DNA of 64,000 nucleotides, taken from assembly GCA_963845565.1 (NCBI GenBank), contig CAWJSJ010000001.1:512001-576000 (forward strand). Reading direction: 5' to 3'. This document shows, one piece after another, positions 39,094 to 48,932 of this stretch. Under the pieces are notes generated by a model. That model had not been told where the DNA came from. It ran no database searches and saw nothing but the letters and a program-made list of their open reading frames with translations. A program made the position numbers and the translations under genes. Positions within the stretch are counted from its first letter, which is position 1; the number at the start of each line of letters is the position of its first letter. Source of the DNA: an uncultured Methylomirabilota bacterium. GTDB taxonomy: Bacteria > Methylomirabilota > Methylomirabilia > Methylomirabilales > 2-02-FULL-66-22.

Positions 39094-39891
39094 ATGCCCA
39101 TTCCTGCAGATATCACTCCCGAAAAGATTCAGTCGCTGCTGACGGGCCGGGTCATCGGCCGGCGGCTGCGGGTCGTGGCCGAGATCGGGTCGACGAACGA
39201 TGCGGCGATGGCGGCCGGGCGCGCGGGAGAGCCGGAAGGTCTGGCGATCCTGGCGGATCAGCAAACGGACGGCCGCGGACGGCTCGGGCGCAGTTGGGCT
39301 TCGCTGCCAGGTCTTGGCATTTACACGTCCATTCTCTTGCGTCCCTCGGTGCCGCCCCTCCTGGCACCGCTCCTCACGCTGATGGCCGGCCTCGCCACGG
39401 CCGAGGCCATCGAGGGCGTGGGGCAGGTGGCGCCGACCCTGAAGTGGCCCAACGACGTCCTGTGCGACGGGCGCAAAACGGCCGGCATCCTGACCGAGAT
39501 GGCAACCATCGGGCAGCAGATCGGCCAGGTCGCGATCGGGGTCGGGATCAATGTCCGGCACCGCGCGACGGATTTTCCTGCAGACGTCAAGGATGCGGCA
39601 ACCTCGATCGAACTGGCAGCCGGCCGCCCGGTGGATCGGGGAGAGATGGCCGCCGCCCTGTACAACGCCATGGATCGGTGGTATGAGGTCTTCTGCCACA
39701 AGGGGACGGATTCGATCCTCCAGCAAGCGCGCTGGCGAACCGCGACGCTTGGACGTCCGGTCACCGTCCTGGCGGATGACCAGCGGTGGCAGGGGATCGC
39801 CCTGGACCTGGACACGGATGGGGCCCTGCTTGTGCGGGACGAGACCGGCGCCGTTCGTCGGGTCCTTGCCGACGATGTCTCCATCCGGTGA
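39094..39891 (+). CDS. birA: Biotin--[acetyl-CoA-carboxylase] ligase (no N-terminal HTH)
   Basis: STND, Q..GRGRLGRSW, KWPND, RKTAGIL, GVGINV. Confidence 0.94.
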   Translation: MPIPADITPEKIQSLLTGRVIGRRLRVVAEIGSTNDAAMAAGRAGEPEGLAILADQQTDGRGRLGRSWASLPGLGIYTSILLRPSVPPLLAPLLTLMAGLATAEAIEGVGQVAPTLKWPNDVLCDGRKTAGILTEMATIGQQIGQVAIGVGINVRHRATDFPADVKDAATSIELAAGRPVDRGEMAAALYNAMDRWYEVFCHKGTDSILQQARWRTATLGRPVTVLADDQRWQGIALDLDTDGALLVRDETGAVRRVLADDVSIR

Positions 39892-40043
39892 CAGGCCGCT
39901 GAAAACGGCCCATCTGCTGCGTTGGCGCGCTCGCGCGGCGCTGCGGCGTACGTTCCAGTACGCCTCGCACCTCGCGTCGCTTGCCGCCTTGCATCTGGAC
40001 CGTTTTGAGCGGCCTGGTCGGGAAGAAGCTTTTCGCAGCCAAC
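39892..40043. repeat. MITE-like palindromic repeat, family 2, copy 2
   Basis: CAGGCCGCTGAAAACGG...CCGTTTTGAGCGGCCTG inverted repeat; homologous to 23299; begins right after the birA stop. Confidence 0.8.
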
Positions 40044-40092
40044 TGAGCGCACCATCGTCGAACGTTCCATGCTCAACGCGCCACACGTTCTG

Positions 40093-40120
40093 GACTTCTG
40101 ACTTCTGACCGCTGACCGCT
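40093..40120. repeat. Short heptamer array
   Basis: GACTTCT GACTTCT GACCGCT GACCGCT. Confidence 0.6.
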
Positions 40121-40140
40121 ATTCACCAGCAGGAGCTGCC

Positions 40141-40905
40141 ATGCTGCTAGCCCTCGACGTCGGCAACACGAATACGGTGGTGGGTGTCTTCGACGGTTCG
40201 GAGCTGAAGGCACACTGGCGGCTTTCCACTCGCCGCGCCGGAACGAGCGACGAGTACGGGATCTTCATCAAGAGCCTCTTCGACTTCGCCGGCCTGGACT
40301 TTCGCGCCATCAACGCCGTGATCCTGTCCACCGTGGTTCCCACGGTCCAGGGGCCGCTGGAGGAGATGAGCCGGCAGTTCTTCGGCGTGGAGGCGATGGT
40401 GGTCGGCCCCGGCCTGAAGAGCGGGATGCCGATCCTCTACGAGGCGCCGCGCGAGGTCGGGGCGGACCGGATCGTGAACGCCGTGGCGGCGTTCGAGCTG
40501 TATGGGGGCCCGTGCATCGTGGTGGACTTCGGCACGGCCACGACCTTCGACGCCATCTCCGAACGAGGTGAGTACCTCGGCGGCGCGATCTGCCCCGGGA
40601 TCGGCATCTCCGCAGAGGCGCTGTTCCAGCGCGCAGCCAAGCTCCCACGGGTCGAGATCTCGCGGCCCAAGTCGGTGATCGGCCGGAACACCGTGCACAG
40701 CATGCAATCGGGGCTTTACTTCGGCTACCTGAGCCTGGTGGAAGGCCTCGTCGCCCGGATGCGAGAGGAACTGGAGGGGAAGCCGAAGGTGATCGCCACG
40801 GGCGGCCTGGCCAGCCTGCTGTTGGCGGGATCCCGCCTGGTCGACCACCTCGACCCCTGGCTCACACTAACGGGGCTGCGAATCCTCTACGAGCGGAACC
40901 GGTAG
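40141..40905 (+). CDS. coaX: Type III pantothenate kinase
   Basis: LDVGNTN, VGADR, VVDFGTATT, GGAICPG; AGGAG RBS. Confidence 0.96.
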   Translation: MLLALDVGNTNTVVGVFDGSELKAHWRLSTRRAGTSDEYGIFIKSLFDFAGLDFRAINAVILSTVVPTVQGPLEEMSRQFFGVEAMVVGPGLKSGMPILYEAPREVGADRIVNAVAAFELYGGPCIVVDFGTATTFDAISERGEYLGGAICPGIGISAEALFQRAAKLPRVEISRPKSVIGRNTVHSMQSGLYFGYLSLVEGLVARMREELEGKPKVIATGGLASLLLAGSRLVDHLDPWLTLTGLRILYERNR

Positions 40906-40990
40906 GGACGGCGATCAGGCGATCATGCGGCGGGGCTTCGAGACTACAGATCTTCTGAATGCCGGGTCGCTATCGGCGAGTCGGTCCGGT

Positions 40991-42046
40991 CTAGCAGATG
41001 CGGGGGAGCTGCTCGCCGCTCAGCATGTCCATGATGCGAGTGGCGCCGATCCGGCTCTCGATGGTGACGAGGCCGACGGGCTTTTCCGCCACCCGGCCGA
41101 TGATCGCGGCATCCTTCCCATTCGGGTGCGCCTGCAGGATGCGGAGGGCGCGTTCCGCCTGATCGCTGGGAACGAAAGCGACGAAGCGGCCCTCGTTCGC
41201 GACGTAGAGGGGGTCGAACCCCAGGATCTCGCAGGCCCCGCGCACTTCCTCGCCAACGGGGACGGCGACCTCGCGGATATGGATCTGCACCTTCGCCGCC
41301 TCGGCGATCTCGATGAGGGCGCTGGCCAGGCCTCCGCGCGTCAAGTCCCGCAGACAGTGCACCTCGATCCCCGCCGAGAGCAGGTCGGTGACCAATCCGG
41401 CGAGCGGGGCGCAATCGCTTTCGATCGTCGTCTCGAAGGCGAGGTTTTCCCGTACCGCCATGATGGCCATGCCGTGTCGGCCGACGTCGCCGCTCAAAAC
41501 GATGGCGTCGCCGGGCCGGACGCTGGTCGGCGTGATGGCCAGGGAGTGGTCGATCCGTCCGACACCCGCCGTGGTGATGAAGATCCCATCGCCCTTGCCT
41601 CGATCCACGACCTTGGTGTCTCCCGTCACGATCTGAATTCCGGCGGCGTCCGCGGCGTGCCGCATGGACACCAGGATCCGCTGGAGCGTCTCGACGGGAA
41701 GCCCCTCCTCCAGAACGAAGCCGGCGCTGAGGTACAGCGGCCGGGCCCCGCTCATGGCCAGGTCATTGACCGTCCCGTTGACCGCCAGGGTGCCGATGTC
41801 GCCCCCAGGGAAGAACAGCGGCCGGACCACGTAGCCGTCGGTGGTAAACGCCAGCCGAGCCCCGGCAATCTCGAGCACGGCGCTGTCGTGCCGGACGTCC
41901 AGGACCGGGTTCCGAAAGGCCGGGACGATGGTCTGCTCGATCAGTTGGTGCATCAGCCGGCCGCCGCCGCCGTGGGCGAGCAGGATATGGGCGTAGTCGC
42001 CGTGGGGGATCGGGCAACTGGCGGAGAAATCCACGGGGTCCGTCAC
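40991..42046 (-). CDS. hypE: Hydrogenase maturation carbamoyl dehydratase
   Basis: [36 protein letters not shown]-terminal GEQLPRIC. Confidence 0.96.
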   Translation of the reverse strand: MTDPVDFSASCPIPHGDYAHILLAHGGGGRLMHQLIEQTIVPAFRNPVLDVRHDSAVLEIAGARLAFTTDGYVVRPLFFPGGDIGTLAVNGTVNDLAMSGARPLYLSAGFVLEEGLPVETLQRILVSMRHAADAAGIQIVTGDTKVVDRGKGDGIFITTAGVGRIDHSLAITPTSVRPGDAIVLSGDVGRHGMAIMAVRENLAFETTIESDCAPLAGLVTDLLSAGIEVHCLRDLTRGGLASALIEIAEAAKVQIHIREVAVPVGEEVRGACEILGFDPLYVANEGRFVAFVPSDQAERALRILQAHPNGKDAAIIGRVAEKPVGLVTIESRIGATRIMDMLSGEQLPRIC

Positions 42047-43164
42047 GAACGTGGCTCCACGGCGGCGGTGTCGGCGTCGCGCATCCGCCGGTAACGGTAG
42101 TATGCGGCGCAGGCACCTTCCGAGGAGACCATGGGGGCGCCCAGCGGGCGCTCGGGCGTGCAGCGGGTGCCGAAGGCCGGGCACTCGTGCGGTTTCAGGA
42201 CTCCCTGGAGGACGAGGCCGCTCTGACATTCCGAGGTGTGGTCCGACCCCGAGGCGGCCGGACCGAACCGGCGCTCGGCGTCGAAGTCCGCGTACGCGTC
42301 GCTGAGACCCAGACCGCTCTCCGGGATCTCGCCCACGCCCCGCCACCTGCGCCGCACCACCCGGAAGACCTCGCGGATCAATTGCTGGGCGGGCCGATTT
42401 CCCTCGCGGCGGACGGAGCGGGCATACTGGTTCTCGACCTCGGCGCGGCCGGATTCGAGCTGCGCGACGCACATGGCGATGCCCTGGAAGACGTCCACCG
42501 GCTCGAACCCGGTGACCACGATGGGGACGCGGTACTTGGCGGCGATCGGCTCGTACTCCTGGTACCCCATGACGGCGCAGACGTGCCCCGCAGCGAGGAA
42601 ACCCTGGACGCGGTTCCGGGGCGACGACAGGATGGCCTCCATGGCCGGCGGCACGAGGACGTGGGAGACGAGCAGGGAGAAGTTGGCGAGCCCCTCGCGC
42701 CGCGCCTGGGCCACGGCCATGGCGTTGGCCGGCGCGGTGGTCTCGAATCCGACGGCGAAGAACACAATCTGCTTGTCCGGATGTTCCTTGGCGATGCGGA
42801 CGGTGTCCAGGGGCGAGTAGACGATGCGCACGTCACCGCCACGGGCCTTCACGGTGAGGAGATCGTGCGTGGTTCCGGGAACGCGCAGCATATCGCCAAA
42901 GGAGCAGAAGATGACGTCGGGCCGCGAGGCGATCTCGACGGCCTTGTCGATCAGTTCGATGGGCGTCACGCACACGGGGCAGCCGGGGCCATGGACGAGC
43001 GTGAGGCTCTTGGGCAGCAGGGTGTCCACACCGTATTTCACGATGGTGTGGGTCTGGCCGCCGCAGATCTCCATGATCGTCCAGGGGCGGGTGACCTGCC
43101 TCGCGATGGCGCGGGCGTAGCCTTGGGCGACGCCCGCGTCGCGGTATTCGTCCACAAATTTCAT
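42043..43164 (-). CDS. hypD: Hydrogenase maturation protein HypD
   Basis: [40 protein letters not shown]. Confidence 0.97.
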   Translation of the reverse strand: MKFVDEYRDAGVAQGYARAIARQVTRPWTIMEICGGQTHTIVKYGVDTLLPKSLTLVHGPGCPVCVTPIELIDKAVEIASRPDVIFCSFGDMLRVPGTTHDLLTVKARGGDVRIVYSPLDTVRIAKEHPDKQIVFFAVGFETTAPANAMAVAQARREGLANFSLLVSHVLVPPAMEAILSSPRNRVQGFLAAGHVCAVMGYQEYEPIAAKYRVPIVVTGFEPVDVFQGIAMCVAQLESGRAEVENQYARSVRREGNRPAQQLIREVFRVVRRRWRGVGEIPESGLGLSDAYADFDAERRFGPAASGSDHTSECQSGLVLQGVLKPHECPAFGTRCTPERPLGAPMVSSEGACAAYYRYRRMRDADTAAVEPRS

Positions 43165-43415
43165 GCGGACAGGTCCTGGGCGGTATTCGCCTGATCGATT
43201 TGTTTCAGGTAGGTGAACACCTCGTTCGCTTCCGCCTCGTCGAGTCGGCTGATCGCCATGCCCACATGGACGATGACGTAGTCGCCGACCTGCGCCTCGG
43301 GGAGGCACATCAGATTCACGTTCTTGATGATCCCGCCGAAGCTCACCTTGCCGGTGCGCTGCAGAGGGTCTTCTCCGCTGATGCTGACGAGCTGTCCTGG
43401 AACGGCCAAACACAT
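43161..43415 (-). CDS. hypC: Hydrogenase maturation chaperone HypC
   Basis: [19 protein letters not shown]. Confidence 0.96.
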   Translation of the reverse strand: MCLAVPGQLVSISGEDPLQRTGKVSFGGIIKNVNLMCLPEAQVGDYVIVHVGMAISRLDEAEANEVFTYLKQIDQANTAQDLSA

Positions 43416-43427
43416 GACGCTTACTCC

Positions 43428-43531
43428 TTAGGAGCCGTTACGAAATTACCGGTCCATTTTTTTCAATTTCGTTACGGCCCTTATGCCGTCTCAGAATTTC
43501 TCCGGTCAAGTTATTCTTTAACAACGGCTTT
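43428..43531 (-). repeat. MITE-like repeat family 1, subtype B, inserted in the hypF 3' end
   Basis: Reverse complement AAAGCCGTTGTTAAAGAATAACTTGACCGGAGAAATTCTG...TTTCGTAACGGCTCCTAA. Confidence 0.85.
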
Positions 43532-45816
43532 GCCCGGGCGGCCGCCAGGACCTGCCCCAGCGCAATCCCGCCGTCGTTGGGGGGAACCCGCTGGTGCCAG
43601 TGCGGCGAAAACCCTGCCGCGGCCAGGCCACGTACGGTCCGCTCGGTGAGATACCGGTTCTGGAAACAGCCGCCGCTCAAGGCGATGGTCTGTATGCCAA
43701 CCTGCTTTGCGATCGCGACGATCAGCTCCGCCAAGGTGTTGTGGAAGCGTGCCGCGATACCGCCGAGCGCGACACCGCCGGCGAGGTCTGCCAGGAGCGC
43801 CCGGATGACCGGCTCCCAATCTGCGATCAGGATACCCTGCTTGGGCTCTATCTGGAAGGGGTAGGATGCATCCGTCTCCACATCCCGGATGGCCCACTCG
43901 AGTTCCATGGCTGCCTGTCCCTCGAACCGTGTGGTGAGACGGAGCCCGAGCAGAGCCGCCACCGCGTCGAAGAGTCGGCCGGCGCTGGAGGTCAGCGGCG
44001 CGTTGATGTGATTGGCCAGCGCTTGTGCCACAAGGGTGCGCTCTCGCGGTTCGAACGACCGCACGGGGGCAAGCTCCTCTCGTGCGGCGAACCGGTCGCC
44101 CTCCATCTCGTAGAGCAGGCCGATGGCGGTTCGGCGGGGTTCCTTGACGGCGTGCTCGCCGCCGGGGAGGCGAAAGGTTCGCAGATGGGCGACGCGCTGG
44201 AAGCCCGACTCCGTGACCCGCAGGAACTCTCCTCCCCAGATGGTATGGTCGAGGCCGTACCCGGTGCCGTCCCAGGACACGCCCAGGACGGGACTCTCGA
44301 GCCCGTTTTCCGCCATGCAGGAGAGAATGTGGGCGTAGTGGTGCTGGACATGGACGAGCGGGAGGCCGGTGTCGATGGCATGGCGGGTGGAAAGATAGTC
44401 CGGGTGGGCGTCGCACGCGACCGCCTGTGGCGTCAGGTCGTACAGCCGGAGGAGGTCGTCGCCGACACGGCGAAACGCGTCGAAGGCCTGAGGGGTCTCC
44501 AGGTCGCCGATGTGCTGACTGACGAAGACCTGGGTGTGGGTCGAGACGGCTACCGCATTCTTGAGATGCGCGCCCACCGCCAGCAGGGGCGGGAGAACCC
44601 GGCTCACCTGGATCGGAAGCGGGGCATAGCCGCGCGCGCGTCGCAGGACCAGTTCGCGTCCCAGGAGTACCCGAGCGACCGAGTCGTCCACGTGCCGGGC
44701 GATGGGGCGTTCGTGGACCAGGAAGAGGTCGGCGATCCCCGCCAGACGAGTCAGCGCATCGCGTTCGTCGGTACAGATCGGCTCATCGGAGAGGTTCCCG
44801 CTGGTCGCGACGACCGGCGTGTTCAACTCCCTCACGAGAATGTGATGGAGTGGGGTACAGGGCAGCATGACACCCAGGTCGGGGTTTCCGGGCGCCACGG
44901 ACGGGGCGATGGGGCTGCCGCATCCGCAGAAATCCTTGCGCCGTCGCAGGAGGACAATGGGGGATTCCGGGGAGGCGAGCAGCCGCTCCTCCAGCGTAGA
45001 CACCTCACAATGCGCTTTAATGGAATCGAGATAAGGTGCCATTATTGCAAGTGGTTTATCCTCTCGATGTTTTCGTTCTCGAAGTCGAATGACCGCCGCT
45101 TCGTTGGTTCCGTCCACCATGAGATGAAAACCGCCGAGACCCTTGACGGCGACGATCTGGCCGCGGCGAATGGCCTCGGCCGCATCGCGCAAGGCCGGGT
45201 GGTGCGCAGAGAGTACCTCGCCGGCGGGGCCCCACAGCTCGAGATGCGGGCCGCAGGTGGGGCAGGCGTTCGGCTGGGCGTGGAACCGGCGGTCACTCGG
45301 GTCCTCGTATTCTCCCCGGCAGGTGTCGCACATCGCGAACCCGGCCATGGTGGTGTTGCGCCGGTCGTATGGGAGGGCCCGGATGATGGAGAAACGCGGT
45401 CCGCAGTTCGTGCAGTTCGTGAAGGGATAGCGGTAGCGGCGATCCGCAGGATCACCGATCTCCCGCAGACAGTCGGCGCAGGTAGAGATATCCGGGAGGA
45501 CGAGGGCCGTCCGCTCGCCGGTGTGATCGCTGGGTCGAATCTCGAAGGTATGGAAGCCGATCGGGGAGAGAAACGATGGCTCCAGGCTCTGGATCGACGA
45601 TCGGGGGGGCCGCTCCTTCTCCAGGCGCAGCAGGAAGCTGCGCAGGGCGTCGGGCGCGCCTTCGACCTCCAGAAAGACCCCCTGCGGCGAATTGGACACC
45701 CAGCCCGGCATGCCCATTTCGGTGGCAAGACGATAGACGAAGGGCCGAAATCCGACCCCCTGTACGGCGCCGCGAATCGCGACGCGCAGCCGCTCCTGTT
45801 GCGTTGTCTTCGGCAT
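43438..45816 (-). CDS. hypF: Carbamoyltransferase HypF
   Basis: GAVQGVGFRPF, zinc fingers CADC...CTNCGPR, KGLGGFHL, QHHYAH, WDGTGYG, PPNDGGIALGQ. Confidence 0.97.
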   Translation of the reverse strand: MPKTTQQERLRVAIRGAVQGVGFRPFVYRLATEMGMPGWVSNSPQGVFLEVEGAPDALRSFLLRLEKERPPRSSIQSLEPSFLSPIGFHTFEIRPSDHTGERTALVLPDISTCADCLREIGDPADRRYRYPFTNCTNCGPRFSIIRALPYDRRNTTMAGFAMCDTCRGEYEDPSDRRFHAQPNACPTCGPHLELWGPAGEVLSAHHPALRDAAEAIRRGQIVAVKGLGGFHLMVDGTNEAAVIRLRERKHREDKPLAIMAPYLDSIKAHCEVSTLEERLLASPESPIVLLRRRKDFCGCGSPIAPSVAPGNPDLGVMLPCTPLHHILVRELNTPVVATSGNLSDEPICTDERDALTRLAGIADLFLVHERPIARHVDDSVARVLLGRELVLRRARGYAPLPIQVSRVLPPLLAVGAHLKNAVAVSTHTQVFVSQHIGDLETPQAFDAFRRVGDDLLRLYDLTPQAVACDAHPDYLSTRHAIDTGLPLVHVQHHYAHILSCMAENGLESPVLGVSWDGTGYGLDHTIWGGEFLRVTESGFQRVAHLRTFRLPGGEHAVKEPRRTAIGLLYEMEGDRFAAREELAPVRSFEPRERTLVAQALANHINAPLTSSAGRLFDAVAALLGLRLTTRFEGQAAMELEWAIRDVETDASYPFQIEPKQGILIADWEPVIRALLADLAGGVALGGIAARFHNTLAELIVAIAKQVGIQTIALSGGCFQNRYLTERTVRGLAAAGFSPHWHQRVPPNDGGIALGQVLAAARAKPLLKNNLTGEILRRHKGRNEIEKNGPVIS

Positions 45817-45958
45817 GTGTATCCCTTTTGGTAAATGCTTGGATGATTGTAGGTCGGGAGCCCGGGGCGGGCAAGCGGATTGGGCCGAAGGGCGAGGCAC
45901 AGGACAAGCGAATGAAGGACCCGCGGCATGTGTGATATATTGTGGTCGGGAAACACAC

Positions 45959-46062
45959 TGAGCCGTGTCAAGGAATTAGTTGAGCGGAGGCATTCCGAAA
46001 CGGCATAAGGAGCCGTAACGAAATAGAAAGAGATGTATAGGTTATTTCGTAACGGCTCCTAA
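45959..46062 (+). repeat. MITE-like repeat family 1, subtype A
   Basis: Near-identical to 31280 and 59461; lies between divergent hypF and the Sir2 gene. Confidence 0.9.
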
Positions 46063-46075
46063 GGGGAGCGTTCCG

Positions 46076-46825
46076 GTGCAGACAGATGACAGACGGGTCG
46101 CCGGACTCATCCGGGAGGCCACCCATATCGCCGTCCTGACGGGGGCAGGGATCTCGACGACGGCGGGGATTCCCGACTTCCGTGGGCCGCGGGGCCTCTA
46201 CGTCACCCGGCAGTACGATCCGGAGAAGACCTTCGACATCACCTACTTCGACCGCGATCCGAGCTATTTCTTTGCCTTTGCACGGGACTTCGTCCAGCTC
46301 GTGGAGCGGGTCCAGCCCACATTCACGCACCGGTTTCTGGCGGCGCTGGAAGAGCGGGGCATGCTGGATGCTGTGATCACGCAAAACATCGACGGACTTC
46401 ACCAGAGGGCGGGCAGCAAGCGCGTCATCGAGGTCCACGGAAGCGTCCGAAACGGCCACTGCCGGAAATGCGGCAGGATGTACGCGTACGAAGAACTCAA
46501 GGTGAAGATTCTCAGGGAAGAGATTGCGCGCTGCGATGCCTGCGGTGGCATCGTCAAGCCGGATATCGTCTTTTTCGGTGAGGCGGTGCAGGGTATGGGC
46601 GAGGCCTCGGCCGTCGCCGGGCGGGCCGACCTCTTCTTCGTGATCGGGTCGTCGCTGACGGTCTATCCGGCGGCTTCGCTTCCCGGGTACGCCGGGGGCC
46701 AGGTCGTGGTCGTGAACCAGGGTCCGGTAGAGATGGCCGCACCCGATTGGCTTTGTGTCGACGAGGCCGCCGATGGCTTCTTTGCGCGGATCGCCGCGGC
46801 GCTGGGTGTGTGGGTGCCCGGCTAG
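46076..46825 (+). CDS. cobB: NAD-dependent protein deacylase, Sir2 family
   Basis: TGAGIST..GIPDFRG, TQNIDGLH, HG, CRKC...CDAC, KPDIVFFGE, GSSL.VYPA. Confidence 0.92.
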   Translation: MQTDDRRVAGLIREATHIAVLTGAGISTTAGIPDFRGPRGLYVTRQYDPEKTFDITYFDRDPSYFFAFARDFVQLVERVQPTFTHRFLAALEERGMLDAVITQNIDGLHQRAGSKRVIEVHGSVRNGHCRKCGRMYAYEELKVKILREEIARCDACGGIVKPDIVFFGEAVQGMGEASAVAGRADLFFVIGSSLTVYPAASLPGYAGGQVVVVNQGPVEMAAPDWLCVDEAADGFFARIAAALGVWVPG

Positions 46826-47379
46826 TGCGACGCCGTGTAGCCTTGGCGCTCCACGAATTTTCCCAGGGTCCAGTAGGTACGCCCGCCGTACGCCAGCGGG
46901 TTGGCCTTGCCCAGATCAATTTCGCCCCGACCGTCCAGGATTTCCTCGTCCACCTGCACCGCGACGACTGTCCCCAGAAACAGATCGTGGGTGCCAAGGT
47001 GCAGCGTCTGGGTCACCTGGCATTCGATATTGAGCGGGCATTCTTTGATCGCAGCCGTATGGATGACCTGCGTCGGGACTGCCGTCAAGCCCATCGCCTT
47101 GAACTTGTCGTCGGAATGTCCTGACACATTCCCGCACCAATCCACGGCGCGGACCATCTCGGCCGTGGGCACGTTGACTGCGAACTCGCCGGACTCCTTC
47201 ACGAGTTTGTGAGAATAGCGCGACGGCCGGATGCTGACGCCGATGATCGGCGGCTCAGAGCACAGCGTGCCCACCCATGCCAACGTGATGATGTTCGGTT
47301 TGTCCGCGGGTCCGCACGTGATCAAGCTTGCCGGCAGTGGGTAGAGGTACGTTCCGGGCTTCTTTGCGACCTTGGCCAT
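46822..47379 (-). CDS. Flavin reductase-like / flavoredoxin family protein
   Basis: LYPLP..LI, NIITLAW, EFAVN, CG.VSG...DKF, I.ECP..IEC, GTHDLF. Confidence 0.9.
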   Translation of the reverse strand: MAKVAKKPGTYLYPLPASLITCGPADKPNIITLAWVGTLCSEPPIIGVSIRPSRYSHKLVKESGEFAVNVPTAEMVRAVDWCGNVSGHSDDKFKAMGLTAVPTQVIHTAAIKECPLNIECQVTQTLHLGTHDLFLGTVVAVQVDEEILDGRGEIDLGKANPLAYGGRTYWTLGKFVERQGYTASH

Positions 47380-47407
47380 TCGACTCTCCTTTTCAACGGT
47401 TTCAGGG

Positions 47408-48301
47408 TCAACGCTCCGGCCAATTGACCAGGACCATTCCGCCCGTCACCAACCCGCCTCCGACCAGCAGCTTCACCGTCAGCGGTTCTTGAAGGAGCAG
47501 CCCTCCGAGCAGGATACCGAAGATCGGCGTGAAGAAGGTGAAGCCGGAGATATTGCTCACGGGGTACACCTGGATGAGCCAGAACCAGACCAGGTAGCTG
47601 GCGAAGGCCACGATGATACCCTGGTACGCGATGGAGGCGAGCACGACGCCGGACAGATCAGTAACCTGCCGCGGCTCGAACACCAGACTCATCACCGAAA
47701 GCTGTACCGCCGAGAACCCGAGTTGGTAGAACAGCATCTGCGAGGGGGTCATGGAGGTTCGAACGACGCGTTTGAGGTAGAGAGAGGTTGCGGCCCACAG
47801 AAATCCGGCCGTCAGGCTCAACAGGTCACCCACGAGTTGAAGTCGGGTGGGGAAGTGGAGACTGTCCCAGAAGGTGAAGAGAACCCCGGCGAAGGCCAGC
47901 ATGAGACCAACGCACTTTCGTCCCGTGAGCGGTTCGGCGGGCAACAACCAGTGGGCCCCCACCGCGACGAAGAACGGCGCGGTGTACAAGAAGATCACGG
48001 CGTGCGAGGCGGTGGTGTAGTACAGGCCAAGGTACACGAACACGAACTCGGTGCCGAAGAACAGGCCGATGGCCAGGCCGTGGAGGAGGGTGCGATTCCG
48101 ATGGAGCAGGGGAATCCCGCGATGCCGCGCCCACAGCGCAAGCAGAGAGGCGGCAATGAGGGAACGCACGGCAGCCTGGAAGATCGGGCTCACGCCCCGG
48201 TTCGCCACCTTGATGGAAACCTGCGACAGTCCCCAGAGGAGGCACAGACCGATGACAGTCGCTATCGCGTGACGATCCAGGGCCCGCTTCGGCGTCGGCA
48301 A
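47408..48301 (-). CDS. EamA/DMT-family transporter
   Basis: About 10 TM segments; LLWGLSQV.IK, YTAPFF, F.FFTPIFG...G.LLL.E. Confidence 0.9.
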   Translation of the reverse strand: MPTPKRALDRHAIATVIGLCLLWGLSQVSIKVANRGVSPIFQAAVRSLIAASLLALWARHRGIPLLHRNRTLLHGLAIGLFFGTEFVFVYLGLYYTTASHAVIFLYTAPFFVAVGAHWLLPAEPLTGRKCVGLMLAFAGVLFTFWDSLHFPTRLQLVGDLLSLTAGFLWAATSLYLKRVVRTSMTPSQMLFYQLGFSAVQLSVMSLVFEPRQVTDLSGVVLASIAYQGIIVAFASYLVWFWLIQVYPVSNISGFTFFTPIFGILLGGLLLQEPLTVKLLVGGGLVTGGMVLVNWPER

Positions 48302-48619
48302 GGGGGGTCTCCCGTCTGATTGCTGCGGGGGACTATAGCGTGAGTCGAGCGTCGAGGGAAGCGTCGATGCGGCAAGGTCCCGAAATAGTGCACATCCGGG
48401 AAGCTTCCAAGTGCGGGCGGTTCATGAACTATGGTTGCAGAATCATAACAGCATGATCTTCAGGAAAGCCTGCGAAGGAGAGACGAAGTGGGAATGGGAG
48501 GTGATGAGGGCGACATTGCAGTGAAAGCGAATGCTGAGGGCGTTTACCGAGCACTAGGTACACGCGCGAAGCCGACAACCGCCGCGCGCCGCAGGAGTGT
48601 AGGGCTTGCGCGTTCAAAC

Positions 48620-48890
48620 GGTTCGGTGGAAGATGCGAGCCGGGCCTTCGTTGCTCTCTGCGGTTCTTGGGAAGTGATCGCTCGGGCCGGGAGCTAGCCG
48701 CGGGCATCCGCGAGAGTCGCCGTTCTGGCAGGCGGTTCGAGCGGGCAGCGATGTACTTGCTTGGTCCGACACGATCTCGTTCTTGGAAAGATGATCGCTC
48801 TGCGCGGGAGATAGCCGCAAAAATCCGCAAGAGTCGGCGCTCCGGCAGGCGGTTCAAAGGGGGCGGCGATGTATTTGCGTGAGAACTGGG
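48620..48890 (+). pseudogene. Decayed, tandemly duplicated antitoxin-end/PIN-toxin-start junction (vapBC-like relic)
   Basis: About 117-nt tandem repeat; FVALCGSW[fs]DDRSAREIAAKIRKSRRSGRRF..DVFA-stop overlapping ATG TAC TTG CTT..CC GAC ACG ATC TC (MYLLDTDTIS-like). Confidence 0.5.
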
Positions 48891-48932
48891 CGCGGTCAGC
48901 ATGAGCGAAGAATTTCCCAAACCGTTGTCGCT

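Noticed and set aside
46076..46825. Sir2 protein as an anti-phage effector
   Set aside because: Zn-binding CobB-type sirtuin of ordinary length with no defence partner genes
48663..48882. Tandem riboswitch or CRISPR-like repeat
   Set aside because: No recognisable aptamer consensus; the near codon-multiple period and protein-like translation fit a toxin-antitoxin relic better
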